In this document: positions 25,574 to 37,741 of the stretch, piece by piece
How positions within the stretch are numbered: position 1 is the stretch's first letter
Layout of the letters: each line of letters starts with the position of its first letter
DNA from: Priapulus caudatus
Taxonomy: Eukaryota
Assembly (NCBI RefSeq): GCF_000485595.1
Contig: NW_014577076.1
Span: 1,104,647-1,166,408 of the forward strand
Direction of reading: 5' to 3'
Length of the DNA: 61,762 nt
The notes under the pieces: generated by a model
Database searches by the model: none
Told to the model about the DNA's origin: nothing
What the model saw: the letters and a program-made list of their open reading frames with translations, nothing else
Position numbers and translations under genes: made by a program

Positions 25574-26167
25574 GGGTGACCCGTAGTCAACTTGCCTCAC
25601 CGGCAAACTCGACTCGTGTGTCGAGATTACCCGACTGGAGGTCGGCATGCTCGGCTTGTGGGTCTAGATGACCTGCCTGAGGATCGGGCAGAGCTGGACT
25701 CACAGGCTACTATAGACATGCAGGTACAGCTATAAGAATTAGAGACAAACAAAAAATGCCTCCATAGAATATCTAATTAAATACCAGAACACTTATATTT
25801 ACATACAAATACATCAACCACCTTAAAAAATCAAGCAGAAATAATCCCTCCCATACTACAAATATTGTATAAAATCAAGGAAACTTATCAATTATATTAT
25901 TTTAATTGCTCTGACAACACTATATTTGGATTCATCAAATTTTTTCTCCATCTATGAGAATGTTTTCAGTACATGTATTTGTATTTGAATTGTAATTTGT
26001 ATGCAATAAAGATTTACTAATAATAATAACATGTGTTTCGACGTCGGAGAGTGTGAAAGATCTCAAATGAGTTATCCGGCGAGTCTATAGCTGCCGACCT
26101 CCAGCCCAGGCAAGCATCGCCACCGTGCAAGCGGAATTGGCGGGTGGGTCGAGTTAACCGGTACTCC
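25574..26167. mobile_element. Degenerate TIR element (duplicate at ~32429-33027)
   Basis: Left GGGTGACCCGTAGTCAACT(C/T)GCCTCACCGGCAAACTCG loosely mirrors right CGAATTGGCGGGTGGGTCGAGTTAACCGGTACTCC; no clear TSD. Confidence 0.3.
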
Positions 26168-26343
26168 ACTGCACAGGTTCTATAGCCTATATGCCTAGAC
26201 AGCACTTGGCAGGAGTAAATAATAAACAAAGATATAAATAAAAATCTCCACATAGATTTATATATACTCTCCTGCGCAACAGTGACGGTAAAATGCCCGA
26301 TCACCTATTAATCATACATGGTAAATAAATAACAACCATTGCA

Positions 26344-26929
26344 CTAGTACTAGTAGATACAATAATGTAACCCAAACACAGGATAGGGTTTACAATAGCG
26401 AGCCTATGGTCTTCTGTGGAGGAACCCCTGAGTGAATCACTCAGGGCAGTTGTGTGCGTTGCTTTCAGAGACTAGAGCTCCAACCTGGGTTATTCTCCAC
26501 ACGAACCGTTTCTCCGCTATCCTAGAACTTACTATGTATCACAATACTGTGTATTAAACTAATATAACGGTGTTACAAAAATACGCATAGCGTTTGGTGG
26601 TGCTAGGTGGGCGAACGCATATGCGCATTGGGAATGCGTACGTTACAGGTCAACAAAAATGGGGCTCAATATATCGCACTATCGTCATTTCGAATTTTGT
26701 AACACGTATATTGTTTTAATACAGAGTATTTGTGATACAATAGTAAGTTCCAGGATAGCGAAGAAAAGTTGTGTTGAAGAATAACCTAGGTTGGAAGTTC
26801 TGTCTCTGAAAAGCCACGCAACCGCCTGAGTGATATTCACTCAGGGTTCCTCCACAGAAAACCATAGGCTCGCATTGTAACCCTATCCTGTGTTTGGGTT
26901 TCATTATTTGTATTATAGTATAGTACTAG
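26344..26929. mobile_element. ~590-bp fold-back MITE with ~235-bp inverted arms (copy 1, noisy)
   Basis: aatgtaacccaaacacaggatagggtt... mirrored by ...aaccctatcctgtgtttgggtt; duplicate at 33201-33792. Confidence 0.7.
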
Positions 26930-28988
26930 ATAGTATAGGACACTATAAATACAATAATAAACGTAACCCAACTGCCCAACACAAAACTCAACACGAGAAA
27001 TATTGACCCAAGGATATAAGATCTGTCCACATTTGCACGATAGTTTGCTTGCAGGGCGTTGGATTTTGCACCTGCGAAATGACAGTTGTGGTCAGCGATC
27101 GACATGAACGCAACAATCCGGCGGAGTCGACAGCGCTGCATCTCAGTCACTTCGCTGTAGCCTGTGGTAGAGTGGGGGGGGGGGAATCATAGTAAACCCT
27201 GTTAGCCCAAATGTGTTCAACATACAGGCGCCGAAACAGTGAACAGCACAGAGATGGATCAAGAACGATTCTCGAAGGAATGGTCGTTGGATCATTTATG
27301 AAAGTTGTCCAACGAGATTGCGGCGCACGGTTATTAGTGTCTCAGATTAAAGATGGAAGCTCCCATCGTACGTAGTAGCAACAATACTTTGCAAGCGAAT
27401 GAGGTAAGCTTCCATTTACCTACGCAAGCCTAACAGTTGAAATAGAGGAGCCTTGCCACCTTAACATAATTAATGAGCAGGCAAAACTAGACAGTACTAT
27501 CAAACGAACACATTCACTGCAGCACTGGCATGGCTACTGGCAGTGGCATAAGTTACATGTAACACACTGACAGTACAGAATGCATCATACAATGAGTACA
27601 ATATTTAAGGGCATACAACTTCTTCAACCAATATGTAGCTTTTTGAAATTTCACATTGGACATTGTAGCCTCATACGTCACGCTGTATAGACTTCTTACT
27701 AGCAAACCCCGGCAGTCAAATCTTTACTTAACAGTAAACAATCCATGTTTAACCGTCCTCTTGAGGGTCAAAAGTTACACACACATTACTCTTCGCATGC
27801 AGGCGAGAAAGTACATTTCATGGTCGCTTTTCAAAAAGGCCATAAAAATGGTAGGTCATGCTGAAACAAAAAAGTTTTTCATACACATCGTCAACACATG
27901 TGTCCTCAAAAATGCTAAAACTGCCCTGTGCCCATTGCCTTTACCTCGCCAATTCTCGGCAAGTGATGGCTTTCCTACCTGATGTACTATATATCAGGCC
28001 GCCTATACACGGAGCCTAGTCGAAGCCGTTTAGATTTGTGCGCAATTCTGCAATTCCTCCCGTATCATCCTTAAAGGAACGAGGTGCCTCCAGGTCTAGG
28101 GTTATTTTCAGCTAATTTAGCGTTATAATTGCGCTACAGTAAAAAGTTTCATGGTTAACTCACCATATAAAATATTTAAAAAAATGTTTTAAAACTCACG
28201 ACTAACAGTTTTGATTACAACGCGGTGGCGCCCTCAAAGCGCAACGATCTGAGCAAGTTGCGCAAAACCACGTTCCAGCCAAGGCTACAAGCCAGAGGGT
28301 ATTTCTATTTATTCATTTAATAGCAAAAGTGATTGAGTAATATACTAAACGGACATATAGTTTCAGTTTAATAAGGGAAAATTTGCCCTAAAGATATACG
28401 TTCCGTTATTAATACATTTAGGTATAAATATAATTGGCACCTTTTGTGATTAGTCGCCGTCAATTTACCTGAAATAAAAATGCAAATACGCAACTTTTTC
28501 AAGGGTGGCCGCACGGTCCGGGGTGTCATGGCGCCGGTTCAACATTTTCGTAGGCAGTTGAGTGTAAATAATTATTAAGTATCTGGTGACAATACCTGTA
28601 GGTATAGACGATCTTGTTAATACAGTAAGTAACAGTTGTCATGGCAGTAAACCTAGAGGCTACTTGTCGCCTGTTAAGTTAAGGTGGAATGTTCCCCTGT
28701 CTTTTAAACTGCTTTGATCTTTGGCTTTGGACCGCCAGCTACTTAACATCCCAAGTCCGTTTCCGAATTACGCCCCGCGCCCTCACGTGCCGACTTCGTG
28801 AACTGCCGTACGTCGAGCCGTTTAGATTGGCCAACTGTTGACAGAACGCAGGACGGCCGGACAGACGAACGATCATGCGATTCTACAGCATGTACCTGAC
28901 TACGTCAGATGACTCAAAATACGCCCCTCGAGTCTTGGCTCATGACTTGTGTTGGGTTACATTGTAATTAGTGTACTATTAGTACTAT

Positions 28989-29246
28989 CAAGGCCGTACG
29001 CAGGAAATTTTCTGTAGGGGGGCAAAAGTACTCCCCATGCCCCCTGTTCCCTAAAGTTTCGCAATTTCACATTTCTTTATTTAAAGTGTAATATTTCTTT
29101 GATTGGTATGTAAGATAACCTTTTGTCACATTTCTATTTTATTTCTAAAAGTGTACAGTATTTGTCCCATTAAAAGGCATACTCTGAAAATTTCTAGGGG
29201 GGCAACTGCCCCTGCTGGCGCTGCCCCCCTGCTGCGTACGGCCCTG
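28989..29246. mobile_element. 258-bp hAT-like MITE with 8-bp TSD AGTACTAT (duplicate at 35778-36034)
   Basis: AGTACTAT|CAAGGCCGTACGCAG ... CTGCGTACGGCCCTG|AGTACTAT. Confidence 0.8.
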
Positions 29247-30762
29247 AGTACTATTACTATAGCATTAGTAGTATTACTATTAGTATTAGTGTACTGAGCC
29301 TGCAGTTTCTTCGCTGACTACGGCCAAAACACGCGTGTATGCTAACGTGCGCAAGTACATAGGTACGTATTATTACGTAAACCAAACAAATAAACCTTAC
29401 CACCACACAACACCAAGTTGTTGATAAGGCCGTGAACCGCGAGTCACATTTCCATCGCTAACAGGATGTTCTGTAGTTAGACGATCACAGTGCCTTCTAA
29501 ACTTCGCAAACAGTCATTGGTGTATGGAGACAATGTGCCAGTCTATTTAACGGAGAGCTAAATCACTGTGGCTAATGTAATGTACTGACGTCAGGTACAA
29601 TTTTACTACACGTATTTTTCAGTAGGATTAATAGAAAACTAAAATTTAACTATGACTAACAACAAAAATAAAAAACTAAAAGAAAGATAGTATTTATTAC
29701 AATAATATAATCACACTTATAGGCAGCATATATTTCATCCAGTACGTTTAATTCTCATTATATCCGGGCATTACGTTTGTTTACCACACCGAAATAACAA
29801 AACAAAACGAGTAGGATCTACGCCATATTCGTTTCTGTTTGTGAGAGATTTGTTCGCACATTTTTACGGAGTACTCGTTTTTGTCGCGTTTATACGACGA
29901 GATTTTTAACACAGTGGACGTATACAGCAACGATGTGTTTAGGATTAGGTTGCTTGGTAAGAAATAATTCATTAGGTGCAGGGTATTTTTCGATTTTAAT
30001 AGAGAACGATGACGTATTTTGGCTAATCTGCCCTGGTCACATAAGATGCCAGACTGTCACTGAGTCACCTCATAAGTTATAACCTCATAAATAGGTAGGC
30101 TACTATTATTAATATTAGTCTTCAAAAGTCCTAGGGACTATAATCTATATAACGAAGATGGAGAGAGAAGTGGATCAAATCGATAGATCAACGCTGCTGA
30201 TTGCGCCACAATTGGCCACTGGCAGCAAGATCAAGCCCGCACGTACAGCACACGCGCGGCGCCATTGACTATATATATACAACATGGTGTCGAACTCACC
30301 GACAGTCGCCGCCGCAGTTTCCACAACTCACCGTTTTAAATCAGTTACAACTCCCGTGTTCCTGCAGGTGACGCCACTTTCCAACTATCGTTGGAATCGC
30401 GGAACATTGCTTAACAATATACACCCGCCAATTTTGACAATCGGCCCGCCAGAATGCGCTTAAATCACAGAAATGCCTCAAATATACTTGCTAAATGATA
30501 CTTAGCCTGCTACAGGATAAGGCGGCGGCTGGCTGAACCGTTGGCGGCTGCGCAATATATACAGTATTCGTTTTATATACACCCGTTTTATACTAATTGA
30601 GATGTAGCACACCTTGAAAATGACTATGCAATCCCACATTCCAAGACCAGCAGTCAGACCAAATGCTAACCAAATGCATGCAAGATCATATAAAGCATAT
30701 GGATGGAATTGAAAAACAACGATTCAGCAAGGAGTACAAACAGACATCTTTGTAAGACTTAC

Positions 30763-32181
30763 CCAGATGGCAACATTGTGCGGTCCCCATCGCTTTAAGT
30801 AGAAAGAAGCCCCAATAGTCTGGAACATAGGAAAGCAATTTTTGGTGATGATAACATACTGCATTATATATAATACCCCATGAAAATTCTCTGTTACATA
30901 TTTCAAAACTGTCAAAGTATAACATTCTTTAGGGCTATACTAAAGTATGCCTCGGCTATCACTATGTACATCATGTAATCCTACTGAATTAGCTTCCACA
31001 GATACAAAGATATTTGGATGTATACATTGAACTAGGTGTGTGTGCGATATACACAGCATTGTACTCATGGGCAAAGTACAGAAGCATAGAAGCATACTAG
31101 GCTGCATAGCTAATATGGGTGATTACATAATAATAATTATTTAAAATCTTACTGGCTCCTCTTGTGGGTCGAACTTGCCTTCCTTATATCGTTTGATTAG
31201 CGAAGTCTTTCCAACATTAAATTCTCCTAGAATTATGACTTTCAGATTTCTGTAATTATGATAAAATTATACACTTATTGACACAAATCTTACTAATGAA
31301 CTTAAATAATAATTATTTAATTTTTTAAATATCAAACCAACTTCAAAATAGCCATGTAAAAAGCCATACAGTGACGATAACATTATCAATGAAAATTTGC
31401 AGTGAATCCCTTTTACATTCTTAAAAACTACTGTCAAAAAGACTAGGCTTTATTGAGAAATGCGTACAATGATTCAAGACCACAGTTTCACAAATAGCTG
31501 GTGTACTAATGAGAGGGAGATAATTACACACTTGTATAATCCACCTCTGGTACCAGAACTTCTAGCACTTCTGATACACACCTTACATATTTGCACATGA
31601 AGCACACATGTATAATTCAGCTATACTGTCACTATTATTATTAAAAACTATTATTATTTGCATTAAGCATTAAAAATATTGCCATAGGTTGACGATGTTG
31701 CCGGTGAATGCTTTGGTGAATAGCTGTTGAAGGACTATCCTAAGAACTGTAAATTTAGATCGGAGAATTGGACACAAATGTGGTGAAAGGTAAAGAGTAA
31801 AGAAACAGATAAGAGAAATAAGGTAAAGATGTCATTATAGACATATATTTACTCCTTTACTTTAACAAACATTAGATGCTTGAACATAAATGTTGAGGTT
31901 AGTTAATCTAGCACACAAAACTTCTTCCAAGGCTACTCAAAAGCTGATAAGCAAACCCACAGTTGTACAAAGATTACAGAATAAATATAATACTTTATTA
32001 GAGTAGTTGTCTAGATATAATACAAATATACATCTTTTGGTGAAAAAAGTAACATAAATCAATTGCTCAATTGAGCCAATGTAAAAGATAGTGTCTGCAA
32101 CAATGCTTGCTGGACAAGGAACGAGTTGTTAGTACAATCAAGCAGAAAAACTTACGCTTTATTTTTTCTTTCTGCTTGCAT
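30763..32181 (-). CDS. RAB20: Second copy of Rab20-like exons 1-3 (32181-32156, 31249-31153, 30819-30763), frame intact
   Basis: MQAERKNKA|NLKVIILGEFNVGKTSLIKRYKEGKFDPQEEP|TIGASFYLKRWGPHNVAIW, with canonical splice sites; splices in phase 0 to the exon starting at 23041. Confidence 0.75.
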
Positions 32182-33200
32182 GTTTACTGCCTACCCTGGC
32201 ATGCATCAGTAGGCCTTTTAAGGATCAGAAATAATGTACCTATATTACGTATTACAGCAATCAACAACTGATAAAATTAAAATGTTAATATTTACAACAC
32301 TGCCTCAGTACCTCCTGTGACAGGACATATTGTGACTGGTAGATATTAGATGAAATAGGTAAATATTAAGTCGATTTACATGCATCCCTTGACCTAACTC
32401 TGCCTATGTAGCCCTCGCTCCCACCACAGGGTGACCCGTAGTCAACTCGCCTCACCGGCAAACTCGACTCGTGTGTCGAGATTACCCGACTGGAGGTCGG
32501 CCTGCTCGGCTTGTGGGTCTAGATGACCTGCCTGGAGATCGGGCAGCTGGACTCACAGGCTAGCTATAGACATGCAGGTACAGCTATAAGAATTAGAGAA
32601 CAACAAAAAATGCCTCCATAGAATATCTAATTAAATACCAGACACTTATATTTACATACAAATACATCAACCACCTTAAAAAATCACACAGAAATAATCC
32701 CCTCCCATACCTTACAAATATTGTACTAAAATCAAGGAAACTTATCAATTATATTATTTTAATTGCTCTGACAACACTATATTTGGATTCATCAAATTTT
32801 TTCTCCATCTATGAGACTGTTTTCAGTACATGTATTTGTATTTGAATTGTAATTTGTATGCAATAAAGATTTACTAATAATAATAACATGTGTTTCGACG
32901 TCGGAGAGTGTGAAAGATCTCAAATGAGTTATCCGGCGAGTCTATAGCTGCCCGACCTCCAGCCCAGGCAAGCAGTCGCCACAGTGCAAGCCGAATTGGC
33001 GGGTGGGTCGAGTTAACCGGTACTCCCACTGCACAGGTCTATAGCCTATATGCCTGACAGCACTTGGCAGGAGTAAAATAATAACAAAGATATTAAATAA
33101 AATCTCACATAGATTATATATACTCCTCCTGCCAACAGTGACGGTAAATGCCCGCTCACCTATTTAAATCATACATGGTAAATAAATAACAACCATTGCA

Positions 33201-33792
33201 CTAGTACTAGTAGATACAATAATGTAACCCAAACACAGGATAGGGTTACAATGCGAGCCTATGGTCTTCTGTGGAGGAACCCCTGAGTGAATCACTCAGG
33301 GCAGTTTGCTGGTGCGTTTTCAGAGACTAGAGCTTCCAACCTGGGTTTATTCTCAACACGAACCTTTCTCCGCTATCCTAGAACTTACTATGTATCACAA
33401 TACTCTGTATTAAACTAATATAACGTGTTACAAAAATACGCATAGCGTTTGGTGGTGGCCTAGGTGGGGCGACCGCTATGCGCATTGGGAATGCGTACGT
33501 CACAGGTCAACAAAAATGGGGCTCAATATATCCGCCACTCGTCATTTCGAATTTTTGTAACACGTTATATTTGTTTAATACAGAGTATTGTGATACATAG
33601 TAAGTTCCAGGATAGCGAAGAAAAGTTCGTGTTGAGAATAAACCCAGGTTGGAAGTTCTAGTCTCTGAAAACGCACCAGCAAACCGCCCTGAGTGATTCA
33701 CTCAGGGGTTCCTCCACAGAAAACCATAGGCTCGCATTGTAACCCTATCCTGTGTTTGGGTTACATTATTGTATCTATAGTACTAGTACTAG
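33201..33792. mobile_element. ~590-bp fold-back MITE with ~235-bp inverted arms (copy 2)
   Basis: Arms ~33211-33440 and ~33548-33779 are near-perfect reverse complements; each contains a CCCTGAGTGA-n-TCACTCAGGG hairpin; flanked by CTAGTA-type repeats. Confidence 0.8.
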
Positions 33793-33944
33793 TAGTAGTA
33801 GGAACTATAAATACAATAATAAACGTAACCCAACTGCCAACACAAAACTCAACACGAGAAAATATGACCCAAGGATATAAGATCTGTCCACATTTGCACA
33901 TTTGCACATTGCGAAAATGAATTGTGGTCAGCGCTCCATGAACC

Positions 33945-35708
33945 AACAAGTGCCGCGGAGTGACAGCGCTCATCTCACGTCTACTGCTGTGACTCTGTGG
34001 TAGAGTGGGGGGATTCTAGTAAACCCTGTTAGTCCCAAATGTGTTCACATACGCGCCGAAACAGTGGAACGCACAGGGATGGTATCAAGAACCTTCTCGA
34101 AGGAATGTTCGTTGGGATCATTATGAAAGTTGCCACGAGATGGCGCGCACGTTTTAGTGTCTTCAGATTAAAGATGGAAGCTCCCATCGTACGTAGTAGC
34201 AACAACTATTTGCAAGACAGAATAGGTAAGCACTCATCCATTTACCTACGCAAGCCTACAGGTTGAAATAGAGAGCTGCCACCTGTAACTAATTAACGCA
34301 GGCAAAAACTACACAGTACTATCACCACCACATTCACTGCAGCACTGGCAGTGGCTACTGGCAGTGGCATAAGTTACATGTAACACACTGACAGTACAGA
34401 ATGCCACCATACAATGCAGTACAATATTTAAGGGAGCATAAACTTCTTCAACCAAATAGAGCTTTTGAAATTTCACTGTGACATTGTAGCCTCATACGTC
34501 ACAGGCATGTATAGTTCTACTAGCAAACCCGGCAGTCAAATTCTTTCTAACAGTAAACAAATCCATGTTTAACCTCCTCTTGAGGTCAAAAGCTTATCCA
34601 ACACTTACTCTTCGCATGTCAGCGGAAAGTACATTTCATGGTCCTTTCAATAAAGCCATAAAAATGGTAGGTCACTGGCTGAAACAAAAAAGTTTTCATA
34701 CACATCCGTCAACCATGTCCTCAGAAAATGTCTAAAATCTGCCCTGTGCCCCATTACCTTTGACCCCAATTTCGGCACAGTGATGGCTTTTCCTACCATG
34801 ATGTCTATATACACCGCCTATCACGAGCCTAGGTCGAGCCGTTTAGATTTGTGCCGCAATTCTGCATTTCCCCCATATCCTTAAAGGAACCAGTAGCCCT
34901 CTAGGTTCTAGGGTTATTTTCAGCTAATTTAGGTTATAATTGCGCTACATAAAAAGTTTCATGTTCAATCACCATTAGAAATAATTTAAAAAAAATGTTT
35001 TAAAACTAACGACTACAGTTTGATTACAACGACGGTGGCGCCACTCAAAGCGCAACGATCTGAGAAGTTGCGCAAAACCACTTCCAGCCAAGGGCTACAG
35101 CCGAGGGTATTTCTATTTATTCATTTAAAAGCAAAAGTATTGTAATATCTTATAAACGACATATAGTTTCAGTTATAAATAGGGAAAATTTGCCCTAAAG
35201 AATACGTCCGTTGTTAAATACCATTTAGGTATAAATATAATTGCACTTTGTGATTAAGCTCGCCGTCATTTACCTGAAAATAAAAATGCAAATACGCAAC
35301 TTTTTCAGGGTGGCCGCACGGTCCGCGGTGTCATGGCGCCGTTCAACATTTCGTAGCGTTGATTGTGTAAATAATTAATAAGTATCTGGTGACAAATACA
35401 TGTAGGTATAGACGTTTGTTATACAGTAAGTACAGTTGTATGCAGTTAAAATCCTAGAGGCTACTGTCGCCTTTAAGTTAAGGTGGGAATGTTCCCCTTC
35501 TTTTACACTGCTTGATCTTTGACCTTTGACCCCAGCTTCAACATCCCAACTCGTTTTCCGAATTACCCCCCCCCACGTCCGACTTTCGAATCCGTACGTC
35601 GAGCCGTTTAGATGTGCCCAACCTGTTGACAGACGCACGACGGGCCGGACAGACGAACGATCATGCGATTCTACAAGCTGTACCTGACTACGTCAGATGA
35701 CCTCAAAA
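33945..35708 (-). mobile_element. Helentron/DINE-1-like non-autonomous element (family A) carrying a nested Kolobok-like MITE; duplicate at ~27112-28919
   Basis: Reverse complement of the family-A ends (cgtcagatgacc at the 5' hairpin; aacaagtgccgcggagtgacagcgctcatct at the 3' end); body matches 40217-41484. Confidence 0.75.
34885..35472. mobile_element. 588-bp Kolobok-like MITE with TTAA target-site duplication (duplicate at 28075-28672)
   Basis: TTAA|AGGAACCAGTAGCCCTCTAGG ... CCTAGAGGCTACTGTCGCCT|TTAA; paralogous family-A copies (~43987, ~48009) have a single TTAA at this position. Confidence 0.8.
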
Positions 35709-37022
35709 TACCGCCCTCGAGTCTTGACTCATGACTTGTGTTGGGTTACATTGTAATTAGTGTACTATTAGTACTATCAAGGCCGTACGCAGGAAATTTT
35801 CTGTAGGGGGGCAAAAGTATTCCCCATGCCCCCTGTTCCCTAAAGTTTCGCATTCACGATTTCTTTATTTAAAGTGTAATATTTCTTTGATTGTATGTAA
35901 GATAAACCTTTTGTCACATTTCTATTTTATTTCTAAAAAGTGTACAGTATTTGTCCCATTTAAAAGGCATACTCGAAAATTTCTAGGGGGCAACTGCCCC
36001 TGCTGGCGCTGCCCCCCTGCTGCGTCCGGCCCTGAGTACTTTACTATACATTAGTATGATTACTATTAGTATTAGTGTACTGAGCTTGCAGTTCTTCGTG
36101 CTGACAACGGCCAAAACACGCGTGTATTGCTAAGCTGCGCAAGTACATAGGTACGTATTATTACGTAAACCACAAATAAACTTACACCACACAACACCAA
36201 GTTGTTGATAAGGCCATAGCCGTGAACGCGGAGTCACATTTCCATCGCTAACAGGATGTTCTGTAGTTAGACGATCACAGTGCCTCTAAACTTCGCAAAC
36301 AGTCATGTGTTATGGAGACAATGGCCAGTCATTTAACGAGAGCTAAATCACTGTGGCTAATGTGGACTGACGTCAGGTACAATTTTACTACACGTATTTT
36401 TCAGTAGGATTAATAAAACTAAAATTAACTATGACTATACACAAAAATAAAAAACTAAAAGAAAGATAGTATTTATTACAATAATATAATCACACTTATA
36501 GGCCAGCATATATTTCATCCAGTACGTTAATTCTCATTATATCCGGGCATTACGTTTGTTTACCACACCGAAATAACAAAACAAAACAGTAGGATCTACG
36601 CCATATTCGTTTCTTTGTTTGTGAGAGATTGTTCGCCAACATTTTACGGAGTACTCGTTTTTGTCGCGTTTATACGACGAGATTTTTAACAGCAGTGGAC
36701 GTATACAGCAACGAGTCTGTCTTAGGATAGGTTGCTTGGTAAGAAATAATTCATTAGGTGCAGGGTTATTTTTCGATTTTAATAGAGAACGATGACGTAT
36801 TTTGGCTAACTGGCCCGGCCCCTGGTCACATCAAGATGCCAGACTGTCACTGATTCACCTCATAAGTTAAACCTCAATAAATAGTAGGGCTACTATTATT
36901 TAATATAGTCTTCCAAAGTCCTAGGACTATAATCTAATAACGAAGATGGAGAGAGAAGTGGATCAAATCGACTAGATCAACGCTGCTGATTGCGCCACAA
37001 TTGCCACTGGCAGCAAGATCAA

Positions 37023-37741
37023 GCCGCACGTACAGCACACCGCGGCGCCATTGACTATATATATACAACATGGTGTCGAACTCACCGGCAGTCCGCCGCC
37101 GCAGTTTCCACGAATCACCGTTTTAAATCAGTTACAATTCCCGTGTTCCTGCAGGTGACGGCGGCCACTTCCAACTATCGTTGGAATCGCGGAACATTGC
37201 TTAACAATATACACCGCAATTTTGACAATCGGCCCGCCAGAATGCGCTTAAATCACAGAAATCCTCAAATATACTTGCTAAATGATACTTAGCCTGCTAC
37301 AGGGATAAGGCGGCGGCTGGCTGAAACGTTGGTGGGCTGCGCTGATTCGGCTGCAGCAAGTTTAATGCGGCAAGACAGGCTGCAGACTACGCTGTTGACA
37401 TCGCGGGTGAGTCAGTACTCATGGTATGCGCAGCCGCCAACGTTCAGCAGCCGCCGCCGTTATCCTGTAGCAGGCTAAGTATCATTTAGCAAGTATATTT
37501 GAGGCATTTCGTGATTTAAGCGCATTCTGGCGGCCGATTGTCAAAATTAGCGGTGTGTATTGTTATAGCAATGTTCCGCTGATCCAACGATAGTTGGAAA
37601 GTGGCGTCACCTTGCAGGACACGGGAGTGTAACTGATTTAAAACGGTGAGTTTGTGAAACTGCGGCGGCGACTGCCGCGAGTTCGACACCATGTTGTATA
37701 TATATAGTCAATGGCGCCGCGCGTGTGCTGTACGTGCGGGC
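37023..37741. repeat. Large inverted repeat (arms ~37023-37342 and ~37427-37741, ~85-bp loop) between the divergent Rab20 and SERINC genes
   Basis: gccgcacgtacagcacac...ggctgcgc mirrored by tgcgcagccgccaacg...gtgtgctgtacgtgcgggc; the left arm is also present at ~30235-30555. Confidence 0.85.

Larger units (their letters stand above)
23701..37342. repeat. ~6.8-kb direct tandem duplication (23701-30555 / 30556-37342) including Rab20 exons 1-3 and upstream region; probably an assembly artefact
   Basis: Collinear near-identity throughout (e.g. tatacagtattcgttttatatacacccg at ~23703 and ~30558); differences are mostly 1-2 bp indels typical of long-read error. Confidence 0.9.

Noticed and set aside
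30763..32181. A second complete Rab20 paralog
   Set aside because: Only exons 1-3 are duplicated, within a near-identical tandem block; there is no second set of 3' exons.
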